From Myxococcota bacterium (lineage in GTDB: Bacteria > Myxococcota > UBA4151), in the NCBI GenBank assembly GCA_036338695.1, contig JAYZBQ010000092.1, positions 1 to 48,613 of the forward strand: DNA of 48,613 nucleotides, written 5' to 3'. The position numbers were made by a program, and so were the translations under genes. The notes beneath the pieces were generated by a model. That model saw only the letters and a list, made by a program, of their open reading frames with translations, was not told the origin of the DNA and made no database searches. Each line of letters starts with the position of its first letter. Position 1 is the first letter of the stretch. Of the stretch, positions 1 through 10,368 are shown piece after piece.

Positions 1-1
1 G

Positions 2-982
2 ATCCGTTCGTCAGCCGCGGTGACCCTGTCGACACTGCTCGGTTCGGCGAGCCAGCTTCGTGCGGACCCATCCGAGGTGCGCTGGCTCGATCAAGTGCCC
101 GGGTCGGATCAACACTCGGTCATGCGGCGCGCCTTCGATGCCCAACAAAGCGAGGTGTTCACCGGCGCTGGGGACATCACACCGCTGACGCTTAACGACT
201 ACGGTCAATCAAGCGCACTGCTCGGCGCTTCGCAGGATCGCTGCCGGCTCTCCGTCGGTGGAGGCGCTTGGCAGGTGGTTGGTCCGCAGGGCTGCCGCCC
301 GCTCGCGGTCTGCCCGCCGGCGCAGGTGGGCGCCCAGGTCGACTGGGCGGTCGTGCTCGGCGTCAGCGATCAAGCCCAAGAGACGGCTGCGCTCTACACC
401 ATCGATCACCAAGGGAGCGCTCAGCTGATCAGCAACCTGGGAACGGCTGACGCCGTGACGTACGCGGCGTGCAGCGAGCAAACCTTCTTAGCGCTTGCGC
501 TCGAGCGCGACGCCAAAGACACGGTCTATGCGGGACGACAGCTGGTGACCGAGCTCCGTCGATACGACAGTCGACTCGTCGGGCTCGACCTGCTGACAAC
601 AGGCGCCAACGACGCCTTGTTGACCCTTAGCTTTGCAGACGGCGTGATCGAACTGGAGCAGGTATCTGCTGCGGGGACCAGCTTAGTTCGGCGGACGGCG
701 GTCGGCGCACCCAAACAGGCAGGCGTCGCCCGCCTCATCCCTGCGCCCCAAGGGGCGGTGCTCACCTACCCGATCCTTGCGCCCGCCTTCGAGCGAGGCG
801 TCTGGGCTGTTCCGGTGGCGGAGGACACGAGCGCCGCGGGCGCCGAGCACCGGATCAATCAAGACGCCATCAGCCAAACTCAGACCACGGCGACGCCGAG
901 CGCCACGCCCGGCCTGGGTCACCTCTTTTACATCGACGCACAAGGGTTACGGCGCGTGTTCTTGGGCTGCGCTCCACCATGA
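2..982 (+). CDS. hypothetical protein, 5'-truncated by window edge
   Basis: Frame is open from position 2 to TGA at 982; coding-like codon usage; no family recognised. Confidence 0.6.
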   Translation: MRSSAAVTLSTLLGSASQLRADPSEVRWLDQVPGSDQHSVMRRAFDAQQSEVFTGAGDITPLTLNDYGQSSALLGASQDRCRLSVGGGAWQVVGPQGCRPLAVCPPAQVGAQVDWAVVLGVSDQAQETAALYTIDHQGSAQLISNLGTADAVTYAACSEQTFLALALERDAKDTVYAGRQLVTELRRYDSRLVGLDLLTTGANDALLTLSFADGVIELEQVSAAGTSLVRRTAVGAPKQAGVARLIPAPQGAVLTYPILAPAFERGVWAVPVAEDTSAAGAEHRINQDAISQTQTTATPSATPGLGHLFYIDAQGLRRVFLGCAPP

Positions 983-1051
983 GGCGGCGATCAGGTATTT
1001 TGCGGCCCAGCGTTTGCTTGCTAGGGTGCATCGAGACGGGAGCGGATCACG

Positions 1052-1864
1052 GTGGAATTTGAGTTTTGGGGTGTGCGGGGTTCCGTCGCCGCAGCCGGCA
1101 GCCGGACCGCTCGCTATGGTGGGAACACCACCTGCCTAGAGGTCGACACGCCCGACGGCGTCTTCATCCTCGACGCCGGCACCGGGATTCGGGGTCTGGG
1201 CGGTCGCCTCCAAGAGCGTGGCATTGCGCAGTGTCGGCTGTTCTTTACGCATATCCACTGGGATCATATTCAAGGGCTCCCCTTCTTTACGCCCCTGTAT
1301 GACCCGGACTTCAGCATCGAGATGTACAGCGTCGACGAGGTCACGGGTAGAGAAGCGCTCGAAGAAACGCTGCGCGCGCAGATGAACGCGCCGACCTTCC
1401 CCGTACCGTGGGACTACCTGCAGGCGCAGCGCTCGTTTCACAATGTCCCGAAAGAGGGTGTCGAGTTCGACGAGACGTTGATCACTTGGTGCGAGCTCAC
1501 GCACCCCAACGGCGTCGTCGCCTATCGCATCGAGAGCGGCAGCCGCTGCATGGTCTTTGCGACCGACGTCGAGCATCCGAGCGAGGGCGCAGACCCAAGA
1601 TTGGTCGCCTTTGCGCGTAACGCAGACGTCCTGATCTACGACGCTCAGTACACCCCCGAGGAGTACCTGACGCGTAAAAACTTTGGACACAGCACGTGGG
1701 AGATCGGCGTCGAGGTGGCGAACAAGGCAGGGGTTGACCAACTCTTCCTGACACACCACGACCCGTCGCATGATGACATCTTTCTCGATGAGCTGCAGAG
1801 CATCGTGGAGCGCGCTCGCCCCGGCACGCGACTGACCCACGAAGGCTTACGCATTCGCCTCTAA
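1052..1864 (+). CDS. metallo-beta-lactamase-fold hydrolase (phosphodiesterase-like)
   Basis: FWGVRGS start, YGGNTTC, LDAGTG, THIHWDH (HxHxDH), HPNG, GHST, THHDP. Confidence 0.9.
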   Translation: MEFEFWGVRGSVAAAGSRTARYGGNTTCLEVDTPDGVFILDAGTGIRGLGGRLQERGIAQCRLFFTHIHWDHIQGLPFFTPLYDPDFSIEMYSVDEVTGREALEETLRAQMNAPTFPVPWDYLQAQRSFHNVPKEGVEFDETLITWCELTHPNGVVAYRIESGSRCMVFATDVEHPSEGADPRLVAFARNADVLIYDAQYTPEEYLTRKNFGHSTWEIGVEVANKAGVDQLFLTHHDPSHDDIFLDELQSIVERARPGTRLTHEGLRIRL

Positions 1865-1878
1865 AGGACACGAACACC

Positions 1879-3063
1879 ATGGATATCCAACAACGCCTCT
1901 CAGCGATGGAGCGCCTCGTCGAGATCGGTATTATGCTGACAGCCGAGACCAAGCTCGACCGGCTGCTCGATAACATCGTCTCCGAGGCGAGGACGTTGCT
2001 TGAGGTCGACGGGGCGACCATCTACCTCATCCACAGCGACGGTCTTCGATTCCAGAACACACAGAGCGCCAGCCTCGAAGAGCGCATGGGTCGCGAGACC
2101 TTTCAGTCGAAGGTCGCGCCGCACGTCGTTCCGCTGACCCGAGACTCGATCGTCGGTTACGTGGCGCTCGAAGGAGAGCTCGAGGTCGTCGACGACGTCC
2201 GCGCCATCGATCCGGAGAAGCCCTATCGCTGGTCGGACGCCTTCGATGTGGCGATGGGTTACCGAACCGAGTGTCTCTTGACCCTCCCCCTCAAGCTCAA
2301 CGACGGCAAGGTGCTCGGGGTCTTGCAGTTGGTCAACTCAGCGACCGGCGCCTTTGCGGCGGAGATGCTGCCGGTTGCGCGCTCGCTCGCCTCGACGGCC
2401 TCAGCGGCGCTCGGAAACGCCCAGCTCGCCGATGCCCTGCGCGAGGCGCGGCTCGACACCGTCATGCGGCTCGGGATGTGCGCTGAATATCGTGACAAAG
2501 AGACGAGCGCGCACATCCACCGGATGGCGCACATCTCCAGACTGCTGGCGCGAGAGCTCAAGCTCAGCGAGGGTTTTTGCGACAACTTACTGCTCGCCGC
2601 GCCCATGCACGACGTCGGCAAGATTGGAATTCCAGACGCTATCCTTCAAAAGCCGGGACCACTCACGGACGCTGAGTGGGAGGTGATGAAGACCCACACG
2701 TTGATCGGCGGCAAGCTGCTGTCGGGGACCGACGACGTGGTCATGGCGCTCAGCGTCGAGGTCGCCCTTAATCACCACGAGAAGTGGAACGGCAAGGGCT
2801 ACCCCTACGGGAAAAAGGGTGAGGAGATCCCGCTGTCAGGCAGGATCGTCGCGGTTGCCGACGTCTTCGATGCGCTGATGTCCAAGCGCGCCTACAAGGA
2901 GGCCTTCACGCTCGAGCAGGTCAGCGAGATCATGTTTGAAGGTCAAGGGCAGCACTTTCAACCCGGGCTCATCGACCTCTTGTTTGCCAACATTGATGAG
3001 GTGCTCGGGCTGTACGAGAAGTACAAAGACACCCACGACGAGCACGAGCTCTTCGCGATCTAA
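1879..3063 (+). CDS. GAF + HD-GYP cyclic-di-GMP phosphodiesterase
   Basis: N-terminal GAF (SIVGYVA, GYRTECLLTLPL, GVLQLVN); EYRDKET, MHDVGKIGIPD, HHEKWNGKGYP, VADVFDAL; AAGGA RBS. Confidence 0.92.
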   Translation: MDIQQRLSAMERLVEIGIMLTAETKLDRLLDNIVSEARTLLEVDGATIYLIHSDGLRFQNTQSASLEERMGRETFQSKVAPHVVPLTRDSIVGYVALEGELEVVDDVRAIDPEKPYRWSDAFDVAMGYRTECLLTLPLKLNDGKVLGVLQLVNSATGAFAAEMLPVARSLASTASAALGNAQLADALREARLDTVMRLGMCAEYRDKETSAHIHRMAHISRLLARELKLSEGFCDNLLLAAPMHDVGKIGIPDAILQKPGPLTDAEWEVMKTHTLIGGKLLSGTDDVVMALSVEVALNHHEKWNGKGYPYGKKGEEIPLSGRIVAVADVFDALMSKRAYKEAFTLEQVSEIMFEGQGQHFQPGLIDLLFANIDEVLGLYEKYKDTHDEHELFAI

Positions 3064-3067
3064 CCGC

Positions 3068-3622
3068 TCAGCGCCACTTAATCGAACAGCCCTGAACCGG
3101 GGTGGTCGTGCGCGCCAAATCATCGCCTGAGATCAACCGCTGCAGCGCCGGCTGAAGATACGGCGTCGTCGCTGCGCTGGCGTTGCGCGGGCTGTCGTCG
3201 ATGGTTCCGTGCCAGCGCAAGGTCCAGTCAGCGGCTCCTCGCTCAAAGATGAAGAACTCGGGTGTAACCTGCGCACCGTAAGCCTGTGCGACCTCCTGGC
3301 TTGGGTCGTGGAGATAGCGGTACGGCAGCGTCGGCGCGCGCTCTTGCATCCGCTCAAAGCTGTCCTGAGGGTAGCGCTCCGCATCGTTCGAGCAGATCCC
3401 TACCCAAGCGATCGGCGCGCCCTCAAAGCCGGCAACCAACGCGCTCAGTCGATCGTCGCTGCCTAGGACATAGGGGCAGTGATTGCACGTGAACTGCAAC
3501 ACCAACCAACGCTGCGCCGAAAAACTCTCGAGCGTACACCACTCGCCGTCGGTTGCTCGCAGCGAAAAGTCAGGGGCACTCGCCCCAATCGATAGGCTCT
3601 GGCTGAAATCCTCGGTGATCAT
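3068..3622 (-). CDS. thioredoxin-fold redoxin (AhpC/TSA-like)
   Basis: APDFSL, CNHCPYV, YGAQVTPEFF, GCSIKW C-terminus. Confidence 0.88.
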   Translation of the reverse strand: MITEDFSQSLSIGASAPDFSLRATDGEWCTLESFSAQRWLVLQFTCNHCPYVLGSDDRLSALVAGFEGAPIAWVGICSNDAERYPQDSFERMQERAPTLPYRYLHDPSQEVAQAYGAQVTPEFFIFERGAADWTLRWHGTIDDSPRNASAATTPYLQPALQRLISGDDLARTTTPVQGCSIKWR

Positions 3623-3731
3623 CGCATGACGCTCCTCAGCGCCAACCTAAATCGGCTCTTGGGGCAAAGCGCAAGCCCCAACATTTTGCGAACCGGTGAC
3701 AACTGCGTCTAGACTGGGAACGGAGGCTGCG

Positions 3732-5219
3732 TTGAACCAACCCTATTCACCCGAGCGAGGGGTCAGCCTCAGCGCGCACGGGAAACAAGGCGTCCAGCTC
3801 AAGCTTGAGCATCAGCTCGGCACGAAATCTCGCCCTTGGTTCAAGACGCGCGTGCTGCTGTTCTACCCAACGAGTCTCGCCATGACGGAAGAGCGACTCG
3901 GGAAGCACCGGTGGTACACGAACCTTAAGTCCTACATCCGGCTGCAACCCCATCAGTCCACGCTGGCATCGGTGGCGGCAGAGTCGCTCTATCATGACGT
4001 CAAGACCGCAGAGGCCGCTGGAGCGCTCTCGGGCTCCGGTCGGGCCAAGAAGCTGCGTCGACTCTTTCGCCTGCACACCCAGCGCTTCCGAGAAGCCGTT
4101 CGGCACGAGGCGAGCGAGCTGCTCGTGCACATCGAGCGCGGTGAACGCCACGATCTCTCAGCCACAGTAGATGCGTTCATCGTGCGGCTCGAGCAGGCTC
4201 GAGAGCCTCTGCGCGCAGCCGTTGAGGCGCTGCGGAGCGAGAAGAAGAAGTCCAAGCGGCGGCGGCTTATTCGCCGCTGTGACGAGTGGGCGAGCCTCAC
4301 CTCAAGCTTGTATATTTTGCGACTGGTGCGTGCGCTGGAGCACCACGAGCCGGGCGCGCCGACACGCGCAGCGACCCTACTCGACCTCGAGGAGCAGCAC
4401 CGGCGAGCCTATAGCTACCCGAGCACCGAGCTGGATCTACCGACCGACTCAGGCGAGCTGTCGATGTATATGAGCAGCCTCAAGAAATCGATCGGCGCGG
4501 CGATCTACCTCGACCTGAGCACCGAGGCGCCTAGCTCGCGCATTCAAGACTTCACCTTTGCGATCGCAGCGTCGATCGCCATGCTCTGGGCTGTAGGGGC
4601 TCAGCTCGCCACCTGGTGGTTTGTCGGGAACCCAACGCAACCCGATGCTGCGCCGAGCACCGTCCTGATCTTCGTGGTGACGGCGACGCTCGCCTACGCG
4701 CTCAAGGACCGAATCAAAGAGCGGCTTCGGGGGTGGTTTCGGGCGCGCATCCCCACCTGGTTGTACGACAGACGTCAGGTCGGGCGTGATGACGGTGACG
4801 TCATGGTCACCGCGCAAGAGTCAACCAGCTTTCTCACGCTCGACGAGCTCGACGAACGCGACCAGCGGTGGTTTAGAGCCTATCAGCGGTTCAACCTACA
4901 GGCGGATGTGATCGCCTACGAGCGAAAGACCACTCTAGAGGCTGAATCACTGCGCAGCGGACGCCCCAACATCGCCGGGATCGCCGAAATCGTGCGCTTC
5001 GCTGCCCGCCCGTGGCGGACTCATATGAACAACCTCGAGCACGAGATCATCTATCGCGAGCCCAGCGGCGCCGTTCGAAGTCAGGTCACGACCCGAACCT
5101 ACCCCATCATCGCGCTGCTCGAAGTGGATCAGCCGGGCTACAGCAACCGATCGGCCCACCGGGTCTTGGTCTCACGCGACGGGATTGAAGAGATCAAGCC
5201 GCTCGATGAGCCGAGCTAA
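3732..5219 (+). CDS. hypothetical membrane protein (two central TM helices)
   Basis: Long ORF; GGAGG at 3722-3726 before TTG 3732 (ORF track starts at 3696); hydrophobic segments FAIAASIAMLWAVGA and VLIFVVTATLAYAL. Confidence 0.7.
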   Translation: MNQPYSPERGVSLSAHGKQGVQLKLEHQLGTKSRPWFKTRVLLFYPTSLAMTEERLGKHRWYTNLKSYIRLQPHQSTLASVAAESLYHDVKTAEAAGALSGSGRAKKLRRLFRLHTQRFREAVRHEASELLVHIERGERHDLSATVDAFIVRLEQAREPLRAAVEALRSEKKKSKRRRLIRRCDEWASLTSSLYILRLVRALEHHEPGAPTRAATLLDLEEQHRRAYSYPSTELDLPTDSGELSMYMSSLKKSIGAAIYLDLSTEAPSSRIQDFTFAIAASIAMLWAVGAQLATWWFVGNPTQPDAAPSTVLIFVVTATLAYALKDRIKERLRGWFRARIPTWLYDRRQVGRDDGDVMVTAQESTSFLTLDELDERDQRWFRAYQRFNLQADVIAYERKTTLEAESLRSGRPNIAGIAEIVRFAARPWRTHMNNLEHEIIYREPSGAVRSQVTTRTYPIIALLEVDQPGYSNRSAHRVLVSRDGIEEIKPLDEPS

Positions 5220-5887
5220 AATCCACGACTCGGCTGAATCTTTCGGTCACGCCGCTTGAGGATCCGCTCGCCGATACGACGGTCGCGGGCGTCGAGATAG
5301 AACACCAGCTCCCCCGGCTTTGATGGGTTTCCGCTCAGGCGCAGCCCCACGTCAACGCGCCCCTTCTTGCGCCCATACCAAACACTCCAGAAGCCCCCAC
5401 GCCGCTGCTCCAAGGCACGCAGTTGGTCGCCACCAAAATTCTTCGGCATCTCTTCACGCAGCTCGTCAGGCGGCCCAAGCCGCTCTTCCAGAGTCCGCCG
5501 GATCTCCTTGTAGGTCGGTATGTAGGGAGCACCTGTCGCCGGATCGCGCGGCTTGCCCTCATAGTTCAGGTGAATGACCACCCGATGCAGGCGCCGTCCG
5601 TCAAAGTGCAGCTCGCGCAGCGCCGCCTCCGGCCAGTCGGCGTCCTGGCAACGATACACCACGGTCTTCGCCCGCCGGGAGCGGCTCCGCTTCACGCGCC
5701 GGTGATACCAGTCGGTCATCCAACCGTGCCGCCGAGGCGAGAGCTTGCGACAGCCCTGCCGCCGCAACCGTTTCTCGACCACGCGTCGTTGCCCCCCGAG
5801 GTGCATCTCCATGAGGTTCAGGTTCGTATGCGCCTGCCCCACCTCAGGAGTGAGGACGAGCGCGGCGACGAGCAACGCCCATCTCAC
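5216..5887 (-). CDS. hypothetical secreted basic protein
   Basis: GTG start at 5887 overlaps the upstream TGA (GTGA coupling); signal peptide RWALLVAALVLTPEVGQA. Confidence 0.65.
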   Translation of the reverse strand: MRWALLVAALVLTPEVGQAHTNLNLMEMHLGGQRRVVEKRLRRQGCRKLSPRRHGWMTDWYHRRVKRSRSRRAKTVVYRCQDADWPEAALRELHFDGRRLHRVVIHLNYEGKPRDPATGAPYIPTYKEIRRTLEERLGPPDELREEMPKNFGGDQLRALEQRRGGFWSVWYGRKKGRVDVGLRLSGNPSKPGELVFYLDARDRRIGERILKRRDRKIQPSRGF

Positions 5888-6678
5888 GGAGCACCTGCGG
5901 GGCGCTGTCGCGGCTTGAGCATCAACGGCACCGCCGGCCACGTTCCAGGCCAGGACAAGCCCTTCCGCTTCGCCTGACTCGGCTCGATGTACAAAAGGCG
6001 ACCGGACTCCAGGTCGCCACCACCGAGCAAGACCGAGAGATACTCCGAGAGCTGCGCGCCCACTGCGAGATCCACTCCTTGATCCAGCAAGCGCGGGTCA
6101 AACCCTAAGACGGGGAGTCGCATGGACTCGCCTGCGCGCACGAGCCGCTCAAGGCCCGCTGGCGTGGCTGCCGGCCCTTCAAACCAAGCCACCAGACCGT
6201 GGCAGCCAGCGGGCGCGCTGCCCTGATAACCGATGAGCGTCACCCCGCGTAGCGCCAGCACTTTCCGGGCAGCGTCCAACCGATCGCGCGCCATGTTGGC
6301 GTCTTGCGGCAGGCACCAGGTCGTCCGCGCAGGCAACAGCTTGACCGCCATGGCGAGCGCCTCAGCAGCGCTCGGTGTCGTCGACAAGACCCGCCGATGG
6401 GGCGCCTTGAAGAAGGGAGCGTTCGCCGGTCCAATACCGCCGATGGTCCTCTCACGGTTCGGCCAGCGCGACACGGCGGCAGCAGCCGCCGCAGGACCGT
6501 ACGAGACCATGGTCACCCGCTCAGGTACGCTGCCAACGAGCGCTCGGTCTGCTTCCGGCTTGCCCGTCAACGTCAGCACGCGTGTGCAGGGCCTCGCCGA
6601 CGCCGCAGCCGCAGCGGCATGCATCGACGCCGCTTGCGGATCGAGGATCAACACCATCGTTAGACACAATTCAGCCAC
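5884..6678 (-). CDS. hypothetical protein, weak resemblance to substrate-binding protein fold
   Basis: 264-aa ORF coupled to the downstream gene; resemblance judged by eye only. Confidence 0.55.
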   Translation of the reverse strand: MAELCLTMVLILDPQAASMHAAAAAASARPCTRVLTLTGKPEADRALVGSVPERVTMVSYGPAAAAAAVSRWPNRERTIGGIGPANAPFFKAPHRRVLSTTPSAAEALAMAVKLLPARTTWCLPQDANMARDRLDAARKVLALRGVTLIGYQGSAPAGCHGLVAWFEGPAATPAGLERLVRAGESMRLPVLGFDPRLLDQGVDLAVGAQLSEYLSVLLGGGDLESGRLLYIEPSQAKRKGLSWPGTWPAVPLMLKPRQRPAGAP

Positions 6679-6699
6679 GGTTACCCCTCGTCTCGCCCG

Positions 6700-9093
6700 C
6701 TACTCATAGGTCGGATTGGCGCAGCAGCGAACCCCGAACTCTGGTTGGGCGACTCGCGGGCTCGCCGTGAGGCGCCCACGACAACGAGACTCAGAGCCTC
6801 CGTGTGCGTAACTACCGCCCTTGAGCGCAAAGCCCGACGAGGTCTTTGTCCACTCGGCCAGGTTGCCGGCCAAGGCATAAATACGGGCACCTGAGCGGCA
6901 TTTCTTATACTCGAGCGGTGCGACCGCCTCATCACGACCATCCTCGAGCGTGTTGCAGCGACCGGCGACGAAACGGCTCCCATAAGGAAAGCTCGAACCG
7001 CCCTTGCCTGAGCAGGCTGCGACCCACTCACGCTCGCTGCAGATCCGCTTGCCCTTTTTGGCGCACAGCGCCTGAGCTTTGTAGGCGTTAAAGTTCCCTT
7101 GCGGCGCGCTGCGAAGGTAGTTGGGATACTCGTATCGGTCCACACAGACCGCGCCTTGGCTGGTCCGGACGAGCCCCATCCCCTTCTTGCACGTCGCCCG
7201 CCCGCTCGGGCGCTTGCGCGGCTCGGGTTGCGGTGTCGCCTTAGGCACAACCGGAGCGGACGCCTCGGTCACACGCTCAGCGACTGGCTCGACAGGCTCC
7301 TCGGGAGCCACGGCGGCGGCGGGCGTTCGCACGACCCGTACCGGCTGGGCGTCATCGGGTGCAGCCGGTTGGGTTTCTGGTACGTCTTGCGCCGGCGCAA
7401 GCCCTTGAGCGGCAGAGCCAGCGTCGCTCGTGGCGGTCTGCGCAGTGGCTGCGGCTGGTTCCTGCGCTGTACCGGCGTCCGCCGCCGGCTGGACCTGCTC
7501 TGGGTTGTCCTGGCGCTGAAGCGCAGCGAGCGTGCGGGCTGCTAAGGCTTCGTCGTCGGCGATGGAGCGAGGGGCTGCGGCAGCGGCTGTGGGCGCAGCG
7601 CTCGGGATGCCTGCATCGACTGCAGCCTCGTCATCTTCGAGCGTCAGCCCGGTCGGACTTAGGGCACTCGCCGGTCGAGGTCGCTGGCGCTGACTGCGCT
7701 CAATCGCAGGCATCAGATACATCTCTGACAGCACAAAGGTCCCTGCAAAAGCGGTCAGCGCACAGGCTGCAAAGACAAACCAACGCGGAAACACCAAGGG
7801 CTGCGTGAGCCGAGACCGCCTCTTCGCCTTGTCCTGCGGCTGCGGCGTCAGCACCGGCTCGGGTCGCAGGGGCTTGACCGCCTCAGGTGCCTTAGGCTCT
7901 TGGGTTGGCGCTTCGGCAGCGGCAACCTGCGCCTCGACTACAGCAGCTGCGGGCTTCGTATCGGGCCGCGGCGCAGAGGTTGGCGTCGGCGGCTTGGTGT
8001 GGATCGGCGTCGGCTCCTCCACGAGGCTCTCAACGCCGAGGACGTCCTCCTCACGGATGGACAGCTCCTCCGAGCTGGTGATCTCGGTCGCCTCTTCGTA
8101 GGCGTCCTCTTCGTCGGCGTCCTCTTCGACGAGGAGATCGGACTCATCGAGCTGGATGTAGCCCCCGGTTGAGCCGCCGGTCGACTCAGCGCTGAGCACC
8201 GGCTGCCGCCTCGCCGCTTCGATCAGCGCCGCCTCGATCGGGGTGACCTCGAACAATCGCTCGGACGCCAGATCCGTGAACGCCGCCTTCAGGACGCCTG
8301 CGACCCCTGGGAACTCAGCCCGCACGCGCTCGAGCGCCCGCTCACCGGGCTCCACGCCGCTCAAGATCCACATCACCAACCCGGCCACGCTGTAGACGTC
8401 GGCGCGCCCGTCGAGGTCTTCTCGCCCCTGCATCACCTCGGGCGCTAACCACGACGCGCCCCCTAAACCTTGACGATGCGCCTCAGACCACAGCTGAGGA
8501 AGCACCCCTTGGTAGGTTGCGATGTCGGTCAGCACCACCCGGTCGGGCAGGATCAACACGTTACCCGGGTGCAAGCCGCCATGGGGCAAATCCGAGGGCA
8601 GCTCCTGCAACGCCCGGCGCAACTGGGCGACGAGCGACGCCACCTCATCGAGCCCCGGGCGTGCCGTCCGAGAAGCCTGGACCTGAGCGAGCGAGGGGCC
8701 GTCGATCAGCTCGTTGATCACGAAGCTGCCGACCTCTTCGTCGCGACCGCTCCGCTGAGGCGCTGCGAGGCACGGACTGCTGAGTGAACGGGTCGCCGCC
8801 ATCCAATCCTGGAACCGAAGCCGGTCTCGCTTGGAGAAGAGCAGGTGCCTGAACATCATCTTGAGCGCCACGTCGCGCCCGGTGTCGAGATCGGTCACGT
8901 GATAAGTGACGCCCAGGCGTCCGACGCCGAGCGAGCGCTTGATCAAGTATCGATCCGCAAGCCGCTGCCCAGGGCGCAGCAACGAGCGCGTGCTCGCCTT
9001 ACCTGCGCTCGCTCCCTTTGGGGTCGGCGCACCGCACACGGTGCAAGCCACCGCGTCCGCTTCTAGTTTTGCTCCGCAGGCTAGACAGATCAC
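6700..9093 (-). CDS. zinc ribbon + Ser/Thr pseudokinase + TM + FGE-sulfatase (SUMF1)-like domain protein
   Basis: CLACG..CTVCG; GVGRLG, VALK, HGGLHPGN, LTDIA, WLAPE, DVYS; TM WFVFAACALTAFAGTFVL; C-terminal VDRYEYPN, CSEREWVAAC, GNLAEW, KGGS, FGVRCC. Confidence 0.85.
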   Translation of the reverse strand: MICLACGAKLEADAVACTVCGAPTPKGASAGKASTRSLLRPGQRLADRYLIKRSLGVGRLGVTYHVTDLDTGRDVALKMMFRHLLFSKRDRLRFQDWMAATRSLSSPCLAAPQRSGRDEEVGSFVINELIDGPSLAQVQASRTARPGLDEVASLVAQLRRALQELPSDLPHGGLHPGNVLILPDRVVLTDIATYQGVLPQLWSEAHRQGLGGASWLAPEVMQGREDLDGRADVYSVAGLVMWILSGVEPGERALERVRAEFPGVAGVLKAAFTDLASERLFEVTPIEAALIEAARRQPVLSAESTGGSTGGYIQLDESDLLVEEDADEEDAYEEATEITSSEELSIREEDVLGVESLVEEPTPIHTKPPTPTSAPRPDTKPAAAVVEAQVAAAEAPTQEPKAPEAVKPLRPEPVLTPQPQDKAKRRSRLTQPLVFPRWFVFAACALTAFAGTFVLSEMYLMPAIERSQRQRPRPASALSPTGLTLEDDEAAVDAGIPSAAPTAAAAAPRSIADDEALAARTLAALQRQDNPEQVQPAADAGTAQEPAAATAQTATSDAGSAAQGLAPAQDVPETQPAAPDDAQPVRVVRTPAAAVAPEEPVEPVAERVTEASAPVVPKATPQPEPRKRPSGRATCKKGMGLVRTSQGAVCVDRYEYPNYLRSAPQGNFNAYKAQALCAKKGKRICSEREWVAACSGKGGSSFPYGSRFVAGRCNTLEDGRDEAVAPLEYKKCRSGARIYALAGNLAEWTKTSSGFALKGGSYAHGGSESRCRGRLTASPRVAQPEFGVRCCANPTYE

Positions 9094-9185
9094 TCGTTGG
9101 GCGCCCTTCGTTCTGCCCTTATGTCAGAAGCGACGCCGGGGTGGAACCGGAACGATGACCTATCCGCCGACGCGCCCTCAACGGG

Positions 9186-9641
9186 TCACTGACGCCCCGT
9201 GCTGCCAAAGCCACCGGCTCCCCTCGCCGTCTCGTCTAAGCGCTCGGCCGGCTCGAAGTGCGCCTGTACAACCGGCGCGATGACCAGCTGCGCAATGCGC
9301 TCCCCGCGCGTCACCGTGAAGGGTTCGCTGCCACCATTTTGCAGGATGACGCCGACCTCACCTCGGTAATCGCTGTCGACCGTACCCGGCCCATTCGGCA
9401 GATAGAGCCCATGACGCAGCGCGAGCCCCGAGCGAGCGCGCACCTGCGCCTCATAGCCGAGCGGCAGCGCCAGCGCGATCCCGGTCGGGATGAGCGAGCG
9501 CTCACCCGGCGCCAGGACGAGGGAGTCGGCGACGGCTGCGCGCAGGTCCGCGCCGGCGGCGCCCGGTGTCTCGTAGCGAGGGAGGAACCCCTCATCGCCG
9601 GCGGCGGAAGGGGTCAAGATGATGGCAACGGAGGGCTTCAT
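9186..9641 (-). CDS. dut: dUTP diphosphatase (trimeric)
   Basis: [39 protein letters not shown] 9641 chosen as start. Confidence 0.96.
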   Translation of the reverse strand: MKPSVAIILTPSAAGDEGFLPRYETPGAAGADLRAAVADSLVLAPGERSLIPTGIALALPLGYEAQVRARSGLALRHGLYLPNGPGTVDSDYRGEVGVILQNGGSEPFTVTRGERIAQLVIAPVVQAHFEPAERLDETARGAGGFGSTGRQ

Positions 9642-9660
9642 GCCCCACCCTTGGGTCCGA

Positions 9661-10326
9661 TCAGTAGTCGTCGTCAAGGTCGTCCAGGCTTGCGAGCAGC
9701 TCGGGGCTCACTGCGATCGCCGTCTGGCTCAAGTCATACTCGGGGTCCGGGTCGCTAAAGCGTGGGAGCTCGGTCGCCGCCGCCGGGGGGCGCACGCGTG
9801 GCGGCCGAATCACCGGTGGTCGGAGCCTCGGCGGACGGGCGAGCGGCGGGCGCGTGGTCCGCTCTTCGAGCTTGGGCGGTGCCGGACGCAGAGCGCTCGG
9901 CAGCTGAGTCCGCTCCGAGTCAGCCAGCGGCGCCCCCTCGAACACCTCGTCCATCGGCTCCGGCGGAGGCGGCTCAGCCTCTGACTCCGCAAACTCCTGG
10001 GTTTGCTTCTTGGCAAAAACGCCGCTGCGCTCGAGCAAGCGCTTGCCGACGTGCGGGCCAAAGTGCAGATGCGTCATCATCATGACCACCTGATGCAGGC
10101 TGACCGGGTCGTCGATCTCAAGCCGCAGCCCGCGACCGCCTGGGTCCAGACCGAGCGAGCGCCCCTTCACCTCGATGGGCTGTTCGCCCTCCGGCCAGTG
10201 CAGCTCGAGACGAATCGCCGTTCCGAGCGGGACGGCAGGCGCACCCGGGATGACGCAATCCTGCTGACACAGATAGGTCAGGGCTGTGTGCAGTAACCCG
10301 TTCAATGCGCTGAACTCGAGCTTCAT
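9661..10326 (-). CDS. PilZ-like N-terminal domain with Pro/Arg-rich and acidic disordered tail
   Basis: [24 protein letters not shown]...GLRLEI resembles a PilZ barrel; GGGAGG RBS. Confidence 0.55.
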   Translation of the reverse strand: MKLEFSALNGLLHTALTYLCQQDCVIPGAPAVPLGTAIRLELHWPEGEQPIEVKGRSLGLDPGGRGLRLEIDDPVSLHQVVMMMTHLHFGPHVGKRLLERSGVFAKKQTQEFAESEAEPPPPEPMDEVFEGAPLADSERTQLPSALRPAPPKLEERTTRPPLARPPRLRPPVIRPPRVRPPAAATELPRFSDPDPEYDLSQTAIAVSPELLASLDDLDDDY

Positions 10327-10355
10327 CGACCCTCCCCCTCTATGGTGTCTGACTC

Positions 10356-10368
10356 TGACCTCAGGTCA
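10356..10368. promoter_or_regulatory. 6-1-6 inverted repeat TGACCT-C-AGGTCA in a divergent promoter region
   Basis: Perfect palindrome, overlapping a TTGACC hexamer on the minus strand. Confidence 0.35.

Noticed and set aside
6700..7200. FGE/CLec domain as a diversity-generating retroelement target
   Set aside because: No reverse transcriptase or template repeat in the window
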